64,000 nucleotides of DNA from Dendrobates tinctorius (Eukaryota), in the NCBI RefSeq assembly GCF_039654945.1, contig NW_027361804.1, forward strand, positions 2,232,001 to 2,296,000, in the 5' to 3' direction. The position numbers and the translations under genes are program-made. Below the pieces are notes generated by a model. The model was not told where the DNA came from. It was given only the letters and a program-made list of their open reading frames with translations, and ran no database searches. This document shows, in pieces, positions 37,896 to 51,188 of the stretch. Within the stretch, counting starts at the first letter, position 1; each line of letters begins with the position of its first letter.

Positions 37896-38081
37896 CTAGG
37901 TCCAGGAGCCACCACCTGCCACAGCAGAGTCCAGGACCCGCCGTCCACGACAGACCCCCGCAGTGTCCAGTACCTGCTGCCTACAGCAGACCCCTCAGGG
38001 TCCAGGATAGTTCATACATATCTGCTTCCTGGAGACCCTCGTGTTATAGGAGAGGCTTTCCCTCATGTTCTTCCAGCCTTA

Positions 38082-38512
<431 letters not shown>

Positions 38513-41500
38513 TCAATCTGGAAGAAAAAAAAAAAAAGAAGTTATTAATAATCTGTTGTAAAATTAGGACTAGAAAACAGGAAGACGAGTTCTATTAATA
38601 CAGCCCCAGCCCACGGTGCGGTCTATGTGGCCCTCACTGTTAACAGGAGGTGGAAGAGTGGAGCGGCTGCAATTATCGTCTATAAATGCAGAAAACAGGC
38701 AATGTGCACCCGGCAATCAGCGGCGGCCGTGTACACAGGACAGTGAGGAGGGTGAGACGCCATCAATGGGCCCAGTGTGAGGCAATGGTTGCAGAGGGTC
38801 CTATGGTGACAGTAAAGACGGGTGGAGGGAGATGTGGACAACAACCTAGGTTTGTTCGGGCCCCTGATCGAGAAAACCAGAGTCCATGATCAGCTCTGTA
38901 AAAGAAGCCTTACAGCACAGCGCCACACACTGTAGTGGACGGTCTCTGGTACTGCAACTCCGTTCACATAACTGCAATAGGAGCGCAGCCACTGGATTGG
39001 CGGAGGTGGTGTTTGACACCTGCCGTGATATCCTTAGGATAGGTTATCAATATCACTAGTCCTGGACAACCCCTTTAATTGCACATCATATCGCCAGAAT
39101 AGTGCATCACTGTATCACGCCATGACGTCGTGTGCCTCCAGGCCGGACCCTACTAATAGCCCCAAACCCAATTCACTAAATACCAGTCATTCCGAAAAAC
39201 TGCAACAGAAACATCCTGGAGTCGGAGAGCGCGGCCGAGCCAAAGTCAGGAGTGAAGATGGTGGAGAGGCGCAATTATCCTCGTTGTAGATTAACCCGAG
39301 CACCTGAGGCTTCTTATCCACCCGCAGCCGGTCCGTAGGGGACTCCAAAGTCTCCGCCGTGAGCACATGATCCCAGACAAAGGTCACACATGAGCGGTGG
39401 AGGCGCAGATTATAGGGCCATCACCAGGACAGGCAGGAGACAAGGGGGGATAGCCATAATTCTGTACACAAAGCAACTAATGCTCCTCATGCATTCTCTG
39501 CTTTCCGTCAATAAATAGAGACTTTGGTATGGTCATTCCCATTGAAGAAAATTGGAGAGAACTGCACCCATGGGCAGCCATATCTTCATCCAGTGTCCAG
39601 GTACATAGCCACCTCAGCAGTTGGATGGGAGTTCGGCACATATTTATGGCATATGCAATGGGGAATATATGTAACCCATCCCTGCTCCAGACCAGATTGT
39701 TACACTGTGGGTGCAAGGGAACAACAATCATCCAGGTGAGGTGATAATCCTGACGGCCACCGCTCCTGCGCCCCATATGTCCAGGGATCCTTGCCCTCCT
39801 AATCACTGGGGATGTCGATTTATGGGCAACAAGTAGCTGCGATGGTCATACAAGAATCCCCTGAAAGACTGTATTCACACGGAGCAGACATGTTGTGCAG
39901 TTTTCAATCCCGATAGAAAGAGTACCAAATCTAATCCACAATCCAGGAAGAAAAAAAAAAAAAAAAAAAAAAAAAATCTGCAGGCAAAACTTCCCGTGGG
40001 GCAGATTTGTTGAGGATCCGAGAAGGAAACAAACCTCCGACTTTCTGAAAACTTAACATGTCAGAGGTTTGGATTGGTTGGAGGCTCTTATTTCAGGACC
40101 CCTCCGAATTGCTAAAAACATCAGAGTCCAGGTAGATGCTCCAGACCCTCAAATTAATCCAGACCGCCAGCAAGTAAAACTTCTGACAAGTCCCTCACCT
40201 GAGAAGACTGAGCACAGCGAAGCGCTTCTGCTTCAATGTCGGACCCCTTGGATCAGAACTTATCACGTCACTTGGACACGTCGGAAACTTTCTGAAAGTG
40301 CAGTTACAAAGTCCACAGCTGAAGTGGAACACGCAGCGATCGGTTCCCGGAGTTCATGGTGACCAGCTTCTGTACAAGGGAAGCAGCGATGGAGGCTTTC
40401 TGGTTACACCACCTGCCGATGACATTTACTGAAGATTCTCCAGGGGGTAAACGTACCACGATGTGTAGACGGGGAGCGCTAGAGACACCTGCGACTTCAG
40501 GAAGAGTGGCAGACAGGTGTAGGCCGGGCGTGGTAACCTGTTCAGCAGGCTCCGGCACACACTGAAGACTACGCGGTTTATGTACACTGGCAACACGAGC
40601 CACGGTCGAAGCCAGAAACCTCCATATACACATAGCAGTGCCATAGCAGCGACTGCAAGCAGAAGCCATGGTCAGAGCTCCACAGCGGGCCTTCAACCTC
40701 ACCAGCTGTGTGCAGTCAGTGAATGAGAACAAGTGTTTACATCCAGAAATCCTGCGCTGATGCGATACTTCCCACAGCTGAGGGGTTGTTACATTTGTAT
40801 AATTCTCTGATCTAAACAGAACTCTGAAAAGACACTGTGACCAACCATCACATCTCTGCATCCTACAGATCGCTAGTGCACGGACCCCACTATATGTTCA
40901 TAATGGACCACGAGTGAAGCGGTCACCTGCACAGACACATGATGCAGACACCAGAGAGCTGGCGAGCAGCACATCTATACTCCCAGCGCCCCGTCGTGCA
41001 GTCAGATCTGCGGGGTCTTATCGTTAATGCAGAGTAGCCATGCTCTAGTGGGGTCTGTAGAGAAAGTCCACCAGATACGTGGAGATGGACCACAGGTTAA
41101 CTTGCACGGGTTTACCATGCGCTCACCCACTTGCCGCTACTATATTCCACTGTGGATTACACCTGCATAAATACAAAGTGTTTTCGTCTGCTGCGGATCT
41201 GAGTGTAGTCACTTTTAGCACTTGTTCCGGAAAAGCTCTTGGCACAAATGTTGGACATGTCCGTAGGGTCCCGTTCACCCGATGGAGGGAATGTTACTCA
41301 GCTATATGGCAGAATATATACAGCCAAACATTGATATCGGGCCTACATGCGACATCTGTCACGGTGTTCCCGCACGTTGGCATCTGTTGGAGGAACACGT
41401 TAGGGAATCCTCCTGATGCACACAGCGCCATATGCTCCAAACACATGACTGAACCATCATCTTATTGTAACAGAGGAATACTCAGATCCTCCCCGATCAT

Positions 41501-43082
41501 AAAACTGGAGTATCTGACCAACTGGTCCACACAGAGTCTGAGAACGAAACTCATATCAGCATGATGTCCCCAGGTTATCCGCAGCACAGAGGAACTGCAG
41601 CGTTCTGTGCTCTGCACAAGCCTGGTGGCCACGAGATCTCACCACTGCAATGTCCACTTTCTAAAGATCAGGCTAGTAAGGCAACAGACCCAATATTGTG
41701 CATTTTGCAGTTTTCTTTACGCCAACACATTGTCCCACTTCGTGATCTACAATGAGGGAATCAATATGAAGTTAAAACCACAAAATGCGCCAGTCCCCAT
41801 CGGTTTCAAGGTTTAGCCAAGAAGACATACACCACTTCATATACTTTAAGGACAGCAAACCGAAGCCGGAGGAATCGTGTCAGATTACTACTAGTTACAT
41901 AAAAGTCTGTAAAGTCCCGACACAGATTTCCTGATCACATAGGTCTTGCACTTTGAACACTGATGTGTAAACCAGCCGTTACTTAGGCCTTGAGGCACGG
42001 ACTACCCATAGGCCCTGCTGATGATCTTGTGGCAGGAGACCTGGGGCTGGGTCCCTGCATCACGGTCAGGATCTGGGACCTCACAACACATTTTGGACAT
42101 TGCCGCTTGTCAAATCCCAAAAGGTGTGTAATATACGCAGTGATAGGATTCGGCTCAGATTGCCAGTATGTGATTGCAGGAAAAGAACCAACACAGAAGC
42201 AGGTAAGAACGTAGTCTGACCGCTGTTATGCAAGTCACTTACTTTCAGTCACACAAGCCGAGCAGAATAGGGAGTACATTGCATACCGTTAGGTGCCCAC
42301 GATCCGGAGTTGCTGCGGGTTGGACGTTGTGTACTTCTGGAGCGTCAAACTTCTTACGGCCAGCTGTTACAGCATAGTGGATGGGATTTCAAGAAATCTC
42401 GCGTCTACAGAGTCTTTTCAGACCGCACGTATAAACGCGGTGAATGTGTGCAGGTAAATCCGCATTGCTTCACTGAACTGTAGTCAACAGACGGCAGCGC
42501 TTTGTACGCAGCGAACATAAACGGTGTCCAGAGCGCTGCTATGCCCGAATTGTGGGCCTCCGGACTCAGCGAGCGGCACTGCTCATAGAAAATCCACCAG
42601 AACAATCTCTAGGGTCGCCTAATCCAGTGCACTGCCTGTGCCCACAATACACAGACCGGGGGGTGCCATTATTCTAATAGTGTAGGATCACACATACGTC
42701 CGGTCCTCCTTGGCAGTCTTCATTTTTGGAGCCAGCATTGTTGATGCCTGTGACAACTTCATGGGGCGTAGTGAATGCCAGAGGTGTCACATGTACCCTC
42801 TTCTGCTTACACCACTTGCACAGCAGTGTGAACCTGGCCTCTGTTGATGACATGACCACTGCGGCCTTGGATTGGCATCACTGGAAGCCCGGACCATGTA
42901 GAGGTCGGCGGAGTGTGTGGAGGTCTCCTTTTACATTTAAAGTCTTGCTGGATTTATGGCTTCTGCTGCTACCGATAAGCCACAGCAAGAGCCGTGATCA
43001 CAGGGGTTTCTTGTGGATTGTGACCACCCCAGAGACAGACACGCCAGAGGCGACATTCTGCATGAAATCGTCCACAGAGCGT

Positions 43083-43620
43083 GGAGGAGATCAGCGTCAC
43101 TAGGCCCATAAGAGATCATGTATAGTAATGCGGAGGAGGAGATCAGCGTCACTCGGCCCATAAGAGTTCATGTATAGTAATGCGGAGGAGGAGATCAGCG
43201 TCACTCGGCCCATAAGAGATCATGTATAGTAATGCGGAGGAGGAGATCAGCGTCACTCGGCCCATAAGAGATCACGTATAGTAATGCGGAGGAGGAGATC
43301 AGCGTCACTCGGCCCATAAGAGATCACGTATAGTAATGCGGAGGAGGAGATCAGCGTCACTCGGCCCATAAGAGATCATGTATAGTAATGCGGAGGAGGA
43401 GATCAGCGTCACTCGGCCCATAAGAGATCATGTATAGTAATGCGGAGGAGATCAGCGTCACTCGGCCCACAAGAGATCATGTATAGTAATGCGGAGGAGG
43501 AGATCAGCGTCGGCCCACAAGAGATCATGTATAGTAATGCGGAGGAGATCAGCGTCACTCGGCCCATAAGAGATCATCTATAGTAATGCATGGAGGAGAT
43601 CAGCGTTGGCACATAAGAGA
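43083..43620. repeat. Minisatellite, 52-bp unit, ~10 copies, in the first intron of KRAS
   Basis: GGAGGAGGAGATCAGCGTCACTCGGCCCATAAGAGATCATGTATAGTAATGC repeated (GATCAGCG at 43089, 43141, 43193, ...). Confidence 0.97.
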
Positions 43621-43884
43621 CTATTGTGAACCCAACAGAAGATCCTTAGCGATGACGGGAAGTGCGGACGTCCTCCGGGATAGCACGTTGAGCCCCGTCC
43701 TGACCGGGTTGGACTGCAGTCAATATACACATAGGACCAATGCTTGCAATTAAATATTTTTGCAGCCTGTGGGTCACAACGCAGCCAGTCACATTGTGCT
43801 GTGGTCAATCGCGATCTCTGGCCACATCGCAGAGCGTCCCCCTACCAGTATGGCACGGCTAGTTCTTACAGTACCCACAGCGGG

Positions 43885-44370
43885 TGCCCACCACCACCTC
43901 ACCCACAGGGCCCCGTCACCTCACCCTCAGCTTGGGGCCACCATCACCTGACTCACAGGGCCCCGTCACCTCACCCTCAGCTGGGGGCCACCATCACCTG
44001 ACTCACAGCAGGCACCCACCATCACTTCACCCACAGGGCCCTGTCACCTCACCCACACCAGGCACCCACCATCACTTCACCCACAGGGCCCTGTCACCTC
44101 ACCCTCAGCTGGGGGCCCACCATCACTTCACCCACAGGGCCCTGTCACCTCACCCTCAGCTGGGGGCCCACCATCGCCTGACCCACAGGGCCCTGTCACC
44201 TCACCCTCAGCTGGGGGCCCACCATCGCCTGACCCACAGGGCCCTGTCACCTCACCCTCAGCTGGGGGCCCACCATCGCCTGACCCACAGGGCCCTGTCA
44301 CCTCACCCTCAGCTGGGGGCCCACCATCGCCTGACCCACAGGGCCCTGTCACCTCACCCTCAGCTGGGCG
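43885..44370. repeat. Minisatellite, 51-bp unit, ~9 copies, in the first intron of KRAS
   Basis: ACCCACAGGGCCCTGTCACCTCACCCTCAGCTGGGGGCCCACCATCGCCTG repeated (44101, 44152, 44203, ...). Confidence 0.97.
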
Positions 44371-44625
44371 CCTCCAATCACAGTGGCAGATTTTCCACCT
44401 GGACTTCTGATTCCAGAATCCACAGCTGAATACAAATCGGAGATCGGAGATGATCACCCAGCCAGTCAGGATAATGATCGCCCGATCAGCCGGGGCCAGA
44501 GCCGCCCACCCTGCAGTCAGCGGCCCCTGCGCTCTGCCCTCCGAGGAGGGAGACTGCAGCAGAGCCCCCTGCGCCCACACACTGCAGCACGGCACTGACC
44601 CGCCCTCAGCCCCCGGCGCACTCAC

Positions 44626-44755
44626 CGCTCTCCGGCTACACGTCCATACTCCTCTCGGTGGCGGAGCCGTCCACTCCCGGTGAGAGCAGCCCGGAGACAG
44701 GGTACAGCGAGGCCGCGTCCGGACGCCCAGTCACCAGGCCGCGCAGCCGGAGACT
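44626..44755 (-). other. KRAS: Probable non-coding first exon of KRAS (5' boundary approximate)
   Basis: CpG-rich segment ending in a perfect minus-strand donor GCG|GTGAGT at 44626/44625, just downstream of promoter motifs. Confidence 0.65.
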
Positions 44756-44759
44756 CCCA

Positions 44760-44960
44760 GGGGCTCTTTAAATACGATCTATAAATACTACAGCCGCTCC
44801 GCGTGACGTCACGGAGACATACGGCCAGCGATTGGTCAGAGGGAGGGGTCTCATGGCATGAAAACACGCCCGCTGTAGGGAAAAACCACGCCCTCTAATG
44901 CGCCCCCTCCTGGTAGACATCCACAATGACTGCAAAACCGAAGCGCGCGAAACGAGACTG
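44760..44960 (-). promoter_or_regulatory. KRAS promoter
   Basis: TATA-like TATTTAAA (44767-44774) and TATTTATA (44780-44787); 12-bp CRE palindrome CGTGACGTCACG 44802-44813; CCAAT 44831-44835; CpG-island context. Confidence 0.7.
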
Positions 44961-44978
44961 TCAGAAAACGATGAATCA

Positions 44979-46421
44979 CCGTACAGTGGAGCAGTGAGGT
45001 AAATAATGGGGGGAAGTCACCGTACAGTGGAGCAGTGAGGTAAATCATGGGGGAAAGTCTCCGTACAGCGGAGCAGTGAGGTAAGTAATGGGGGGAAAGT
45101 CACCGTACAGCGGAGCAGTGAGGTAAATCATGGGGGAAAGTCTCCGTACAGCGGAGCAGTGAGGTAAATAATGGGGGGAAGTCACCGTACAGTGGAGCAG
45201 TGAGGTAAATCATGGGGGAAAGTCTCCGTACAGCGGAGCAGTGAGGTAAGTAATGGGGGGAAAGTCACCGTACAGAGGAGCAGTGAGGTAAATCATGGGG
45301 GAAAGTCTCCGTACAGCGGAGCAGTGAGGTAAATAATGGGGGGAAAGTCACCGTACAGAGGAGCAGTGAGGTAAATCATGGGGGAAAGTCTCCGTACAGC
45401 GGAGCAGTGAGGTAAGTAATGGGGGGAAGTCTCCGTACAGCGGAGCAGTGAGGTAAATAATGGGGGGAAAGTCTCCGTACAGCGGAGCAGTGAGGTAAGT
45501 AATGGGGGGAAAGTCTCCGTACAGCGGAGCAGTGAGGTAAATCATGGGGGAAAGTCTCCGTACAGCGGAGCAGTGAGGTAAGTAATGGGGGGAAAGTCAC
45601 CGTACAGCGGAGCAGTGAGGTAAATAATGGGGGGAAAGTCTCCGTACAGCGGAGCAGTGAGGTAAATAATGGGGGGAAAGTCACCGTACAGCGGAGCAGT
45701 GAGGTAAATAATGGGGGGAAAGTCTCCGTACAGCGGAGCAGTGAGGTAAATAATGGGGGGAAAGTCACCGTACAGCGGAGCAGTGAGGTAAATAATGGGG
45801 GGAAAGTCTCCGTACAGCGGAGCAGTGAGGTAAGTAATGGGGGGAAAGTCACCGTACAGCGGAGCAGTGAGGTAAATAATGGGGGGAAAGTCTCCGTACA
45901 GCGGAGCAGTGAGGTAAGTAATGGGGGGAAAGTCTCCGTACAGCGGAGCAGTGAGGTAAATCATGGGGGAAAGTCTCCGTACAGCGGAGCAGTGAGGTAA
46001 GTAATGGGGGGAAAGTCACCGTACAGCGGAGCAGTGAGGTAAATAATGGGGGGAAAGTCTCCGTACAGCGGAGCAGTGAGGTAAATAATGGGGGGAAAGT
46101 CACCGTACAGCGGAGCAGTGAGGTAAATAATGGGGGGAAAGTCTCCGTACAGCGGAGCAGTGAGGTAAATAATGGGGGGAAAGTCTCCGTACAGCGGAGC
46201 ACTGAGGTAAATAATGGGGGAAAGTCTCCGTACAGCGGAGCAGTGAGGTAAATAATGGGGGAAAGCCACTGTACAGGGGAGCAGTGAGGTAAATAATGGG
46301 GGGAAAGTCTCCGTACAGCGGAGCACTGAGGTAAATAATGGGGGAAAGTCACCGTACAGCGGAGCAGTGAGGTAAATAATGGGGGAAAGCCACTGTACAG
46401 GGGAGCAGTGAGGTAAATAAT
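44979..46421. repeat. Minisatellite, 41/42-bp unit, ~34 copies, immediately upstream of the KRAS promoter
   Basis: CCGTACAGCGGAGCAGTGAGGTAA(A/G)TAATGGGGGGAAAGTC(T/A) repeated. Confidence 0.99.
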
Positions 46422-48540
46422 GATACTTTGGAAAAATTGCACAACAAATTTTGCCATCCATTTCGTCCTGTTACCCTTGTCAGAATAAAAACATTGGGGC
46501 TAAAACAACATTTTTGTTGTAAAAATGTGTTTAATTTTCACTTCTCCACATTATAAAATTCTGTGGCGTCCCTGAGGGTTCAAAGTGCTCACCAACACAT
46601 CTAGAGAAAGTCCTTAAGGGGTCCAGCTTCCAAAATGGGGTCATTTGTGGGAGTTTCCACTATTTAGGCACATCAGGGGCGATCCAATCACGACATGGCT
46701 TCGGCTAGTCATTCAAGACAATTTTGTATTCCAAAAGTCAAATGGCGCTCCTTTCCTTATGAACCCTGCCGTGCTCCCAAACAGTAGTTTTCCCCCACAT
46801 ATGTGGTATCGACGTACTCAGGAGAAATTGCTCAACAATCTTAAAGGTCCATTTTTTTCTTGCTAACTTTTGAAAGTAAAATATTTGAGGCTAAAATAAC
46901 ATTATTGTGTCAAAGGTGTGTGTAATTTTTTTCGCGGCTCAACATCAACTCATCTAGATAAGTTCCTTAGGGGGTCCAAAATGGGGTCACTTGTGGGCGG
47001 TTTCCACTCTTTATGCACATCAGGGGCTCTCTAAACGTATCAGCTATTGACTCCAGACAATTTCACATTCCAAATCTCAAAACGGCGCTCCTTCCCTCCG
47101 GAGCCGTGCACACAAACAGTAGTTTTCTTCCACATATGGAGTATCGGCGCAATCAGGAAATTTTATGGTGCATTTTCTCCTATTACCCTTGTGAAAATGA
47201 AAAATTTGACGCTAAAGTAACATTTTTGTGGGAAAAAGTCAAATGTTCATTTTTTTCTACAGAAACAAAAGGTACGCATACAAAGGGATCGCCATAAAAT
47301 GACAAAAATTTTATTAATACAGCAAGATACATGCAAAAACATTAATTTAAAAACCCAGCGACTATACAAATTCATGCCAAGACAACCAAATAAAGTTGTA
47401 GTGGACCCTAAAGAGACCAGAATATTTTAACTTGCCATATGACATGCAGGGGTGTAAGTAAAAAACATATATCAGTAACATGCATCCATGTTATTAAATG
47501 GATATAGACAATAATCAAATCACACAGTACAAGGGAGAGCAGCAATATGCCAGCAGAAGACCCCCGGAAACGAATCAAACCATAATCAAATGAAGGCAAT
47601 AATAATGGCACTATATCCCTAGACAACAGGCAGCATGTATACTTACCACTCCATAGTAAACAGCCCCCGAGTGCACGATCTGGTCACAGAAGGGAGAGAA
47701 CCCTCCCGCGTACCGCCACAAGTGTGTCTTCCTCTGGGGTCAGCACGATTACACAATGGATAGTGCATGTATATATGCTACAGTTAATGAGGATTAGTTA
47801 GGCATATATACCAGCTGGGAGGTGGCAGGTTAGAGGATGGAACGGTTTGGCACTTTCCCCTGTGTCAAGCAAGGATAAATAAGTCTTTCTAGTAGAGTCA
47901 GAGCGCCCATAGACAGAGGAAAGAGCGAGGGATACCAAGTTATGAGGGAAGCCGGAAAAACTAGCGATTTGCAAGCGTAATTAGCTTTCAGAATGCTAGC
48001 GTTTTCCAAGGGATCTGTAGCATCGCTTGGAGAACTTTTTACTATTGAGGCGGCCTATGCAGCATCAGTAGTAAAAGATAGAATGTTAAAAATAATTTTA
48101 AAAAAATTAAATCATCAAAGGTCTCGCAAGGCATTACTGGGAACGGGAGCAGCGCTGAGGCCTGGGAAGGCTGCGCGGGCACCGGAAGGTGAATGTAACC
48201 CGATTTTTTTTTTATTTTTTATTCTACTTTTTACAGGGATATAATACCCACAGCCCAGAGGAGAGTCTCCTCTCCTCCGGACCGTGGGTACCATCCGCAA
48301 ATGGTGGGCACAGCCACATGCGGAAAGTAAGCAGAACAATGCATTCCTATGTGGGCGGAATCCCCGCATGCTGCATATTTTTCCGCGATTCGATTCCGCC
48401 GGTGGAAAATGCACAGCATTGCGGAATCCCATTGGGATGCTGGGGGTTTTTTTTGCGTTTTCGCGGCAAAAAGCGCATTAGAAACTGCCGCAAAAACGCA
48501 ACGTGTGAACGCAGCCTTAGGGAGGGAAACTGGTCTATTA

Positions 48541-48907
48541 GGGTACGTGCACACGCTGCGGATTCCGCTGCGTTTCCGCAGCGGTTTTGGCCGCTGCAGA
48601 CCCGCAGCAGCGTTAGCTGCGGTGTACAGTACCATTCAAATGAATGGGAAAAAAAAAACGCTGTGCCGACGCTGCGGAAAAATCCACGCGGATTTGCTGC
48701 GGTTTTGAATCCGCAGAAAGAATTGCATGTCAATTCTTTCTGCGGAAACCACTGCGGGTTCCTATCTCCACCATTGTGGAGATAGTGAATCCGCAGGACC
48801 AAACCGCAGGCAAAACCGCAGATAATCCGCAGGTCTTTTGACCTGCGGTTTTTGCAAAATCCGTGCGGATTAATCCGCAGCGGATTCCGCAGCGTGTGCA
48901 CGTACCC
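48541..48907. mobile_element. Harbinger-type MITE, family A, copy 1
   Basis: TIR GGGTACGTGCACACGCTGCGG at both ends; flanks TTA/TAA; central CCGCAGAAAGAATTG..CAATTCTTTCTGCGG palindrome. Confidence 0.92.
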
Positions 48908-49764
48908 TAAGGGTTACAAGGAAAGTTATACTGTTGCAGAAAAAAAATACCGTATATAAAATACAAGAACGTAGTGAACAAAAAGTGCAAAGAACAGTGC
49001 AATGTGATATAAGAATAATAACTTATGTAGACAAAAAGCAATAAACAATGATGACATGCCATGAAATAATGGTGGAACAATTTTATTATTATTTATTATT
49101 ATAGCGCCATTTATTCCATGGCACTTTACATGTGAGGAGGGGTATACATAATACATACAAGTACAGTACGGTAATCTTAAGTAGAATAAAGTCCAGCTCA
49201 CCAGTTATGACATCCCAGGAATCGGAGCACGGAACCGCCGTGTCAAGACATAAAACGTAGCAAAATGAGGGAAAAATCCAGCTCCACGATATAGTGGAAA
49301 AAAAACAATCCTTTATTCACTTGATATTTCAAGCATGGAGGATAAAAGTATCAGCATAGATAGCAGCATATGATGTGTTATCGACACGTATTAGGTGTCA
49401 CAGCACCCTTAGTCATTCATGATCTCGGGAGACGAGATTCAAATCTTGGCAACGAAATGTCGTCTCTCGGGACGAGATCTGAACCTGAGCATGTGCCGCC
49501 CCTGGACAGGCGGCCATGTTCCCGGAGTCCACCACAACATGGCAGCAACGGATGTGCGGGGGCCTCCGGGCTTTGAGGAAATGCCGGTGGAGCCCCCTAC
49601 AAAGCACAGAGAGCCGCTGCTACTGCACCAGAGCACAGCCCGCCACCACCACACCACAGAGCCCCGCTGCACCTGCACCAGCCACAGGAATGTAAGTATA
49701 TTGCGACTGTAAGACGCACCCCCATTTTCCCCCAAAAAAAATTTTTGGGAAAAAGTGCGTCTGA

Positions 49765-50253
49765 GGCTGGTTTCACATTAGCGCTTTTTAAGCGCACGCA
49801 CGGCCGGGGGTAGCTCCGCCCCCGAGCCGGCTCTCTGCCCGGCGTGCCCGCCCCTTGCTTGTAGCGCCACCTCCTATCGCACAGCGGCGCCTACGATCGG
49901 CGCACCCTATCTTTAGCATAGGGTGCGCAGATCGTGCGCAGGCCGTGCGCTTTGACCTGCGCTGCGCACTTTTGACGGTGCGCCGTGCGCGCCAAAATCC
50001 GAAAAGTTTGATTTTGGCGCGCACGGCGCACCGTCAAAAGTGCGCAGCGCAGGTCAAAGCGCAACTAGCGCACGGCCTGCGTACGATCTGCGCACCCTAT
50101 GCTAAAGATAGGGTGCGCCGATCGCAGGCGCCGCTGTGCGATAGGAGGCGGCGTTACAAGCAAGGGGAGGGCACGCCGGGCAGAGAGCCGGCTCGGGGGC
50201 GGAGCTACCCCCGGCCGTGCGTGCGCTTAAAAAGCGCTAATGTGAAACCAGCC
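49765..50253. mobile_element. Near-perfect 489-bp foldback MITE (Harbinger-type)
   Basis: TIR GGCTGGTTTCACATTAGCGC; 3-bp TSD TGA on both sides; arms of ~235 bp around a 10-nt loop at 50000-50009. Confidence 0.95.
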
Positions 50254-51188
50254 TGATGGTCCGAAAAATACGGTATGTTTTTTACTTACACCCTTGCATG
50301 TCACATGGTAAGTTATATTCTGGTCTTAGGGTTCACTACAACTTTATTTGGTTTTCTTGGCATGAATTTGTTTAGCCGCTGGACTTTTTAATTTTTTTTA
50401 AATGTATGGTTTTTTTGCATGTATATTGCTGTATTAATAACATTTTTGTGATTTTTATGGTGATGCCTTTATATGCACACTTATTGTTCTTTTTTCTGTA
50501 GTATGTATTTACGGTATGCATTTGGTTGATACCTATACCATTGGGTGGTGCCCACGATTACACTATTTCTATGTTCATTTTTTTCCTTCCACGTTCCAAT
50601 AATTCCTGTGAAGCACCCGAAGGGTTAATAAACTTCTTGAATGTGGTTTTGCGCACCTTGAGTGGTGCAGTTTTCAGAATGGTGTCACTTTTGGGTATTT
50701 TCTGTCATATAGACCCCTCAAAGTCACTTCAAATGTGAGGTGGTCCCTAAAAAAATGGTTTTGTAAATTTTATGGAAAAAAATGAGAAATCGCTGGTCAA
50801 CTTTTACCAATTCTAACTTTGTAACTAAAAACATGTTTCAAAAATTGTGCTGAGACATGTGGGAAAATGTTATTTATTAACTATTTTGTGTGACCTCTCT
50901 CTGATTTAAGGGCATAAAGATTAAAAGTTTGAAAATTGTGAAATTTTTAAAAGTTTCACCAAATTTCCGATATTTTCAGAAATAAACACAAGTCATATCG
51001 AACAAATTTTACCAATATCATGATGTGCACCATGCCACTAAAAAATGATCTCAGAATCAGTGGAATCCCTTGAAGCGCCAGAGTTATTACCACATAAAGT
51101 GACAGTGGTCAGAATTGTAAAAATTGGCCCGGTCACAAAAGTTGAAAGCAGGCTCTGGCGCAAAAGGGTTAAAAAAGATTAGTTTATA

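Larger units (their letters stand above)
46425..51168. mobile_element. Remnant of a large non-autonomous TTAA-terminated (piggyBac-like) element, interrupted by nested insertions at ~47257-50501
   Basis: Right end ...AAAAGGG|TTAA at 51168. Internal ~350-bp duplicated units (CATCTAGA..CCTTA..GGGGTCCA..AAATGGGGTCA at ~46600 and ~46950). The left terminus was not found. Confidence 0.45.
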
